64,000 nt of DNA, taken from NCBI RefSeq assembly GCF_046119375.1, contig NW_027362770.1, forward strand, positions 154,504,001 to 154,568,000. The letters are read 5' to 3'. This document shows positions 55,301 to 64,000 of the stretch, piece by piece (the stretch's first letter is position 1; each line of letters opens with the position of its first letter). The position numbers and the translations under genes were made by a program. Origin of the DNA: Phyllobates terribilis. Taxonomy: Eukaryota. The notes under the pieces were generated by a model, which did not search any database, was not told the origin of the DNA, and saw only the letters and a list, made by a program, of their open reading frames with translations.

Positions 55301-56335
55301 AAATTTATTCCAAAAAAAGACTGCCGGATAAAATATCTGACGGCTATCTATATCTATCTCTATCTGTTTATAAGATTTATTACTTAGAAAACTAGCATTA
55401 TATTACCTAGAGAATTACAGTATGTAAAAGAAGATGTTAAAAATGCACTGCATAGGGATGTCATACGGATGCTAGGTGAGGAAAATCGCTTTGTACTCGC
55501 ATGACACTCGTCCTACTTTTCAGGAACCAGGGCTGGTGTTAGGTGGAGAAAATATGGGCAATTGCCCAGGGCCCTACATTGTCTAAAACCGGCCCTGGAG
55601 ACAACCCCCTTTATATTTTGGACCACGGTCAAGATCTCTGCTACCTGTCAGTATACTGGAACATTCCTGAGATTGAGAACCCATACAGGCCCAATACTTC
55701 TCAGTTTACAGATTGCTACAATTGTATCCGATCCTATATCAGCCCGAATCTCCCTCCTGTTATGATGGTTTGCTACAATGTGTCAGTCTACATTGTCCGC
55801 ATGGTTAAGGCTCGGCTCCGATGCAGACTCTGTAGTCTAAATGACTTATCCCATTATAGTCGATGGGGTCCATCCGTTATTTTCTTTTTTCCGTCTCTTC
55901 TTCGCCCCAGGGCCCAAAATGTTGCAGAATATTTCATTATACGATGGTTTAGGTGCTTATATAGATGTTGGACCCCTTCTCCGGGGGGAATATGGGCACA
56001 CCTGGCTGGTTATGGTGGTTTTAGGGGCTTGTTCTGAGTGTTTAGGGTTAATAGAGGACAGTGACTTATAGGAGGTCCCTAAAAAATAGCATTAAAGAAA
56101 AGCGGTTTAAAAAACCCCCCACATTTTAACACTTAGAGGGGGTGTCACCATGGGTGATAATTTCACTGTTAAATGACCTTGTTGCTCCTATGGCTCAAGA
56201 CCAATGAGATTCCACCATAAATTCATCATCTGCTTCATTTGCAGCCTATAAGGGCAGCGGCAAAATATCCCTCTCCTAACGCAGCACGGAAGGAATCGAA
56301 CCAGCGACCTTCACCGCCCGAGACGCCGCACTTAC

Positions 56336-56700
56336 CTGCACGAGGGAGACCACGCCCACGGACTGACAAAAAGCCCCGCCCTCCACCGCTCAGTCCTGCT
56401 GGCTTTGGCCGCCTCCCTCTAGCGGCCGCGTTTTGTTATCGGCAGCGGCAGATTCGCTGACTACAGATACTGAGTACAACATTCACTTCACATTTTAAAA
56501 ATAATTGAATAAAAAGTTATTTTTTTCTACGTTGTTGTGGGTCCGAATCAGAGGAAATATTATAGTAGTAATTACAGTACGATCGGCGAATGTGCGGTAG
56601 GGGAGAGGAAGCTAGGTCTGGGCTCCGCCACCTGCAGCTGCTGTAGTGTCGGCTGAGCCGGAGGAGAGAGGTCTGAGCCGCGGAGGGATATGTATGACGG
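56336..56700. promoter_or_regulatory. CpG-rich bidirectional promoter region shared by RMND1 (-) and ARMT1 (+); probable RMND1 non-coding exon 1 ending at 56336
   Basis: Minus-strand donor CAG|GTAAGT at 56335; GC boxes (CCACGCCC, CCCCGCCC); high CpG. The head-to-head RMND1/ARMT1 arrangement is known in mammals. Confidence 0.7.
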
Positions 56701-56729
56701 CGCCTCACTGCTACTCTGTACACTGTGAC

Positions 56730-57440
56730 TGTGGTCGTTATCTGTGAGCCCGGGTGTAAGGAAGGAGCCTGCATGGCTGCACTGTATATGGGGGCACTCT
56801 CTGTAAGGAAGGAGCCTGCATGGACTGCACTGTATATGGGGGCACTCTCTGTAAGGAAGGAGCCTGCATGGACTGCACTGTATATGGGGGCACTCTGTGT
56901 AAGGAAGGAGCCTGCATGGCTGCACTGTATATGGGGGCACTCTGTGTAAGGACTTTATATGGGGGCACTCTGTGTAAGAAAGGGGCCTGCATGGATGCAC
57001 TGTATATGGGGGCACTCTGCGTGAGGACTGTATATGGGGGCACTCTGTGTATGGACTGTATATGGGGGCACTCTGCGTGAAGACTGTATATGGGGGCACT
57101 CTGCGTGTGGACTGTATATGGGGGGCACTCTGTGTGTGGACTGTATATGGGGGGCACTCTGTGTGTGGACTGTATATGGGGGGCACTCTGTGTGTGGACT
57201 GTATATGGGGGGCACTCTGTGTGTGGACTGTATATGGGGGCACTCTGTGTGTGGACTGTATATGGGGGGCACTCTGTGTGTGGACTGTATATGGGGGGCA
57301 CTCTGTGTGTGGACTGTATATGGGAACGCTGGAATAGCTACATGGGGGGCATTGTGACAGGATTGTGCATGGTGTCACTCTGTGAGGACTACATATGGGG
57401 TCCATCTGTGTAAGAACTCTATATGGGGGCACTGTGGCAG
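56730..57440. repeat. ~29-bp minisatellite (with ~46-bp variants)
   Basis: TGTGTGTGGACTGTATATGGGGGGCACTC units. Confidence 0.9.
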
Positions 57441-57759
57441 GACTGTATATGGAGGCAATCTGGTATAGAAATACCCAGTTTGGCACAAGGTATAAGGGGA
57501 CTCTGACTAGCACAGTGCACGGGGGATCTGCCTCTGCTTATGGGGGTGCTCTTTGGCTGGGGCTGTGTCTGGTTGTGCTCACAGTATATATGAAATCTCC
57601 TGGATATATGCTCTACTCAACATTGAAAGTGCAACACCGAGAAGGAAAATTCTGGAAATCACAAGATAGAGACAGGTTATTGATCTGCAAATAATCAAAA
57701 AATGGAAATATCCTGTGACTTCCAGAATTCCACCATTTTTCCTTCTCAGTTTTGTGTAC

Positions 57760-58335
57760 GTAGTAACGTCGCAGCTTTGCAGTAACGTCGCTGTTTTGTA
57801 GCAATTTCGCAGCTTTGCAGTAACGTCGCTGTTTTGTAGCAATTTCGCAGCTTTGTAGTAACGTCGCTGTTTTGTAGCAGTGTCGCTGTTTTGTAGTAAC
57901 GTCGCTGTTTTGTAGCAATGTCGCAGCTTTGCAGTAACGTCACTGTTTTGTAGCAATGTCGCAGCTTTGCAGTAACGTCGCTGTTTTGTAGCAATGTCGC
58001 AGCTTTGCAGTAACGTCGCTGTTTTGTAGCAATGTCGCAGCTTTGCAGTAACGTTGCTGTTTTGTAGCAATGTCGCAGCTTTGCAGTAACGTCGCTGTTT
58101 TGTAGCAATTTCACAGCTTTGCAGTAACGTCGCTGTTTTGTAGTAACGTCGCTGTTTTGTAGCAATGTCGCAGCTTTGCAGTAGCTTTGCAGTAACGTCG
58201 CAGCTTTGCACTAACATCGCTGTTTTGTAGCAATGTCGCAGCTTTGCAGTAACATTGCTGTTTTGTAGCAATGTCGCTGTTTTGTAGCAATGTCGCAGCT
58301 TTGCAGTAACGTCACTGTTTTGCAGTAACGTCACA
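57760..58335. repeat. 38-bp (19-bp dimer) minisatellite
   Basis: GCAGCTTTGCAGTAACGTCGCTGTTTTGTAGCAATGTC units. Confidence 0.9.
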
Positions 58336-58439
58336 TTTTCTCATAGTGGGGCTTCTGTTTAGCAGATAATAATCTAACAAACGTTCTGTTAACGTCATGT
58401 TTCTTCTTGCCCAGACGATACGCCCAGTAAACCAACAAG

Positions 58440-58477
58440 ATGGAGACTCCCTGCCCGCTCTCTGCCAAATTTGAAGG
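58440..58477 (+). CDS. ARMT1: ARMT1 first coding exon (METPCPLSAKFE-G)
   Basis: AAGATGG Kozak context; GG|GTGTGT donor in phase 2 joins to G-TCT of the next exon; upstream acceptor TTCTTCTTGCCCAG at 58414. Confidence 0.8.
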
Positions 58478-58856
58478 GTGTGTGTCTTCTTCAGCGAACC
58501 GTCATACAACTTGCACAATCCGTGGTAGATCAGGGCATGTAGTTCCCTGTCTCCAGCATTCAGGAAATTGCAAAACCCCATCTGACTGATCCTATAACCA
58601 CAATTTCAGAATTATTGCTTCTTTTTATTAAACTATTATTGTTGGCAGCCATGTAAAAATATAAAATGCCCCTTTAATTGGTTGTAAGGGGGGAAAGAAT
58701 TGCAGCCATGTGGTTACAGTTGGGGGGATTTTGCGCTCTCATCTTTGCAAGGAAGATGATCACAAGGTGCTGTTCTGTATGAGCCTCTAGTGATCAGCTC
58801 TGGGGGAACCTTACAAGTGTTCAGTTTCCCTGCAGGGCCATCACAGCGAAAATTAA

Positions 58857-59095
58857 AGGGGTTGTCCAGGTTTGGACTTCTATATCTATGACTGTAGACT
58901 TTTGAATCCTCACAGCGTGCACACTGCGCCCTGTCTGGATTCTCCGTTGATGGTTCATATATGCGGTCACATACCGACTAGATGTGCACGGCCGAACACG
59001 TCTAGTCGGAATGTGGCCGGAAGTATGCAAATCACATACCGGAGAATCCTGACAGCGCACACTGTGCACGCTGTCACATAGACTGGACAACCCCT
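58857..59095. mobile_element. T2/Kolobok-type MITE in an ARMT1 intron
   Basis: TTAA|AGGGGTTGTCCAG ... CTGGACAACCCCT|TTAA; internal palindrome shared with 37105-37396. Confidence 0.85.
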
Positions 59096-59275
59096 TTAAT
59101 TATTATATGCAGTTCCCATTAACAATCAGTGGCCACTTCATTTACAATATGGACACACCAGCTCCTCCGGAGTGAGATTCTTTTTCCTGCTCATGATGGG
59201 GACAAAAAATGGTCAATGCACATAACAATCCTATTTTTAATAAATGGTATATAAGTTATTTTTCTTATTTTTCAG

Positions 59276-59381
59276 GTCTTTTGCTTACTACACAGTTAAA
59301 GACCGGCTGCCACAGATTCTAACCAAGGTGATAGACACTGTACATCGGAATAAAAATAAGTTCTTGGAAGCTCATGGCGAG
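59276..59381 (+). CDS. ARMT1: ARMT1 (DUF89 damage-control phosphatase) second coding exon; the gene continues beyond the window
   Basis: TTTTCAG|G SFAYYTVKDRLPQILTKVIDTVHRNKNKFLEAHGE|GTGAGT, closely similar to human SFAYLTIKDRIPQILTKVIDTLHRHKSEFFEKHGE. Confidence 0.93.
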
Positions 59382-59444
59382 GTGAGTGGCAGCGCCGTAA
59401 ATCACATTTAGTAGAGGATTTGAGGTGACATTCCTGGGATAGGC

Positions 59445-62400
59445 TGGGAGACACGAGCTAGAGACAGACAGACATTCCAGGGAGGAGCTAGAGGCGGACA
59501 CAGACATTCTAGGGAGGAGCTAGAGGCAGACACAGACATTCTAGGGAGGAGCTAGAGGCAGACACAGACATTCTAGGGAGGAGCTAGAGGCGGACACAGA
59601 CATTCTAGGGAGGAGCTAGAGGCAGACACAGACATTCTAGGGAGGAGCTAGAGGCGGACACAGACATTCTAGGGAGGAGCTAGAGGCGGACACAGACATT
59701 CTAGGGAGGAGCTAGAGGCAGACACAGACATTCTAGGGAGGAGCTAGAGGCAGACAAACATTCCAGGGAGGAGCTAGAGGCAGACACAGACATTCTAGGG
59801 AGGAGCTATAGGCGGACACAGACATTCTAGGGAGGAGCTAGAGGCAGACACAGACATTCTAGGGAGGAGCTAGAGGCAGACAAACATTCCAGGGAGGAGC
59901 TAGAGGCAGACACAGACATTCTAGGGAGGAGCTAGAGGCGGACACAGACATTCTAGGGAGGAGCTAGAGGCAGACAAACATTCCAGGGAGGAGCTAGAGG
60001 CAGACACAGACATTCTAGGGAGGAGCTAGAGGCGGACACAGACATTCTAGGGAGGAGCTAGAGGCAGACAAACATTCCAGGGAGGAGCTAGAGGCAGACA
60101 GACATTCTACGGAGGAGCTATAGGCGGACACAGACATTCTAGGGAGGAGCTAGAGGCAGACAAACATTCCAGGGAGGAGCTAGAGGCAGACACAGACATT
60201 CTAGGGAGGAGCTAGAGGCGGACACAGACATTCTAGGGAGGAGCTAGAGGCAGACACAGACATTCTAGGGAGGAGCTAGAGGCAGACAAACATTCCAGGG
60301 AGGAGCTAGAGGCAGACACAGACATTCTAGGGAGGAGCTATAGGCAGACACAGACAATCTAGAGAAGAGCTAGAGGCAGACACAGACATTCTAGAGAGGA
60401 GCTAGAGGCGGACACAGACATTCTAGAGAGGAGCTAGAGGCGGACACAGACATTCTAGGGAGGAGCTAGAGGCAGACACAGACATTCTAGGGAGGAGCTA
60501 GAGGCAGACACAGACATTCTAGGGAGGAGCCAGAGGCGGGCACAGACATTCTAGGGAGGAGCCAGAGGCGGGCACAGACATTCTAGGGAGGAGCTAGAGG
60601 CGGGCACAGACATTCTAGGGAGGAGCTAGAGGCAGACACAGACATTCTAGGGAGGAGCTAGAGGCAGACAAACATTCCAGGGAGGAGCTAGAGGCAGACA
60701 GACATTCTACGGAGGAGCTATAGGCGGACACAGACATTCTAGGGAGGAGCTAGAGGCAGACAAACATTCCAGGGAGGAGCTAGAGGCAGACACAGACATT
60801 CTAGGGAGGAGCTAGAGGCGGACACAGACATTCTAGGGAGGAGCTAGAGGCAGACACAGACATTCTAGGGAGGAGCTAGAGGCAGACAAACATTCCAGGG
60901 AGGAGCTAGAGGCAGACACAGACATTCTAGGGAGGAGCTATAGGCAGACACAGACAATCTAGAGAAGAGCTAGAGGCAGACACAGACATTCTAGAGAGGA
61001 GCTAGAGGCGGACACAGACATTCTAGAGAGGAGCTAGAGGCGGACACAGACATTCTAGGGAGGAGCTAGAGGCAGACACAGACATTCTAGGGAGGAGCTA
61101 GAGGCAGACACAGACATTCTAGGGAGGAGCCAGAGGCGGGCACAGACATTCTAGGGAGGAGCCAGAGGCGGGCACAGACATTCTAGGGAGGAGCCAGAGG
61201 CGGGCACAGACATTCTAGGGAGGAGCCAGAGGCGGGCACAGACATTCTAGGGAGGAGCCAGAGGCGGGCACAGACATTCTAGGGAGGAGCCAGAGGCGGG
61301 CACAGACATTCTAGGGAGGAGCCAGAGGCGGGCACAGACATTCTAGGGAGGAGCCAGAGGCGGGCACAGACATTCTAGGGAGGAGCCAGAGGCGGGCACA
61401 GACATTCTAGGGAGGAGCCAGAGGCGGGCACAGACATTCTAGGGAGGAGCCAGAGGCGGGCACAGACATTCTAGGGAGGAGCTAGAGGCGGGCACAGACA
61501 TTCTAGGGAGGAGCTAGAGGCGGGCACAGACATTCTAGGGAGGAGCTAGAGGCGGGCACAGACATTCTAGGGAGGAGCTAGAGGCGGGCACAGACATTCT
61601 AGGGAGGAGCTAGAGGCGGGCACAGACATTCTAGGGAGGAGCTAGAGGCGGGCACAGACATTCTAGGGAGGAGCTAGAGGCGGGCACAGACATTCTAGGG
61701 AGGAGCTAGAGGCGGGCACAGACATTCTAGGGAGGAGCTAGAGGCGGGCACAGACATTCTAGGGAGGAGCTAGAGGCGGGCACAGACATTCTAGGGAGGA
61801 GCTAGAGGCGGGCACAGACATTCTAGGGAGGAGCTAGAGGCGGGCACAGACATTCTAGGGAGGAGCTAGAGGCGGGCACAGACATTCTAGGGAGGAGCTA
61901 GAGGCGGGCACAGACATTCTAGGGAGGAGCTAGAGGCGGGCACAGACATTCTAGGGAGGAGCTAGAGGCGGGCACAGACATTCTAGGGAGGAGCTAGAGG
62001 CGGGCACAGACATTCTAGGGAGGAGCTAGAGGCGGGCACAGACATTCTAGGGAGGAGCTAGAGGCGGGCACAGACATTCTAGGGAGGAGCTAGAGGCGGG
62101 CACAGACATTCTAGGGAGGAGCTAGGGGCGGGCACAGACATTCTAGGGAGGAGCTAGGGGCGGGCACAGACATTCTAGGGAGGAGCTAGGGGCGGGCACA
62201 GACATTCTAGGGAGGAGCCAGGGGCGGGCACAGACATTCTAGGGAGGAGCCAGGGGCGGGCACAGACATTCTAGGGAGGAGCCAGGGGCGGGCACAGACA
62301 TTCTAGGGAGGAGCCAGGGGCGGGCACAGACATTCTAGGGAGGAGCCAGGGGCGGGCACAGACATTCTAGGGAGGAGCCAGGGGCGGGCACAGACATTCT

Positions 62401-64000
62401 AGGGAGGAGCCAGGGGCGGGCACAGACACTCTAGGGAGGAGCCAGGGGCGGGCACAGACACTCTAGGGAGGAGCCAGGGGCGGGCACAGACACTCTAGGG
62501 AGGAGCCAGGGGCGGGCACAGACACTCTAGGGAGGAGCCAGGGGCGGGCACAGACACTCTAGGGAGGAGCCAGGGGCGGGCACAGACACTCTAGGGAGGA
62601 GCCAGGGGCGGGCACAGACACTCTAGGGAGGAGCCAGGGGCGGGCACAGACACTCTAGGGAGGAGCCAGGGGCGGGCACAGACACTCTAGGGAGGAGCCA
62701 GGGGCGGGCACAGACACTCTAGGGAGGAGCCAGGGGCGGGCACAGACATTCGAGGGAGGCGCCAGGGGCGGGCACAGACATTCGAGGGAGGCGCCAGGGG
62801 CGGGCACAGACATTCGAGGGAGGCGCCAGGGGCGGGCACAGACATTCGAGGGAGGCGCCAGAGGCGGGCACAGACATTCGAGGGAGGCGCCAGGGGCGGA
62901 CACAGACTTGCGAGGGAGGCGCCAGGGGCGGACACAGACTTGCGAGGGAGGGAGGCGCCAGGGGCGGACACAGACATTCGAGGGAGGCGCCAAGGGCGGA
63001 CACAGTGATTCGAGGGAGGCGCCGGGGCGGACACAGTGATTCGAGGGAGGCGCCGGGGCGGACACAGACATTCGAGGGAGGCGCCAGGGGCGGACACAGA
63101 CATTCGAGGGAGGCGCTAGGGGCGGACACAGACATTCGAGGGAGGCGCTAGGGGCGGACACAGACTTGCGAGGGAGGGAGGCGCTAGGGGCGGACACAGA
63201 CTTGCGAGGGAGGGAGGCGCTAGGGGCGGACACAGACTTGCGAGGGAGGGAGGAGCTAGGGGCGGACACAGACTTGCGAGGGAGGGAGGAGCTAGGGGCG
63301 GACACAGACTTGCGAGGGAGGGGTTAGGGGCGGACACAGACTTGCGAGGGAGGGGTTAGGGGCGGACACAGACTTGCGAGGGAGGGGTTAGGGGCGGACA
63401 CAGACATTCGAGGGAGGGGTTAGGGGCGGACACAGACATTCGAGGGAGGGGTTAGGGGCGGACACAGACATTCGAGGGAGGCGCCAGGGGCGGACACAGA
63501 CATTCGAGGGAGGCGCCAGGGGCGGACACAGACATTCGAGGGAGGCGCCAGGGGCGGACACAGACATTCGAGGGAGGCGCCAGGGGCGGGCACAGACATT
63601 CGAGGGAGGAGCTAGGGGCGGACACAGACTTGCGAGGGAGGGAGGAGCTAGGGGCGAACACAGACTTGCGAGGGAGGGAGGAGCTAGGGGCGGACACAGA
63701 CTTGCGAGGGAGGGAGGAGCTAGGGGCGGACACAGACTTGCGAGGGAGGGAGGAGCTAGGGGCGGACACAGACTTGCGAGGGAGGGAGGAGCTAGGGGCG
63801 GACACAGACATGCGAGGGAGGGAGGAGCTAGGGGCGGACACAGACTTGCGAGGGAGGGAGGAGCTAGGGGCGGACACAGACTTGCGAGGGAGGGAGGAGC
63901 TAGGGGCGGACACAGACTTGCGAGGGAGGGAGGAGCTAGGGGCGGACACAGACTTGCGAGGGAGGGAGGAGCTAGGGGCGGACACAGACTTGCGAGGGAG
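59445..64000. repeat. G-rich 32-36-bp minisatellite (>4.5 kb, runs off window end) in an ARMT1 intron
   Basis: GACATTCTAGGGAGGAGCTAGAGGCAGACACA progressively changing to GACTTGCGAGGGAGGGAGGAGCTAGGGGCGGACACA. Confidence 0.97.

Noticed and set aside
56572-58334. Long ORFs over the ARMT1 upstream region (313 aa, 251 aa, etc.)
   Set aside because: They derive from the 29-bp and 38-bp minisatellites.
62655-63985. Pro/Ser-rich minus-strand ORFs (MSAPSSSLPRKSV...)
   Set aside because: Translation of the G-rich minisatellite; no coding evidence.

Overview
Eukaryotic genomic DNA with no prokaryotic-style features; the repeat content suggests a neobatrachian frog (inference). Reading splice sites and reading frames by hand gives three intron-containing genes. 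RAD51AP1 is on the - strand with 9 coding exons (31268->17111, 316 aa). RMND1 is on the - strand with 11 coding exons (54598->36709, 435 aa). ARMT1 is on the + strand, head-to-head with RMND1, and only its first two coding exons (58440-58477, 59276-59381) lie in the window. The left 12.6 kb is an 86-bp satellite array interrupted by a ~6.9-kb decayed Tx1-clade (L1 superfamily) non-LTR retrotransposon. RMND1 intron 4 holds a full-length Ty3/Gypsy chromovirus (45819-51971, 5-bp TSD CCAGT). It has no tRNA primer-binding site but does have a Tf1-type self-priming complement, a GGGAAAC -1 frameshift site with a downstream stem/pseudoknot, and a chromodomain integrase. Also present are two Tc1 elements, a V-SINE-like element, a Penelope-like relic with two hammerhead-like motifs, many TTAA/TTA/8-bp-TSD MITEs and more than ten unrelated minisatellites, including a >4.5-kb array that changes sequence progressively to the window end. 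Most short ORFs in the supplied track are repeat artefacts. Gene and family names come from recalled protein similarity, not database searches.
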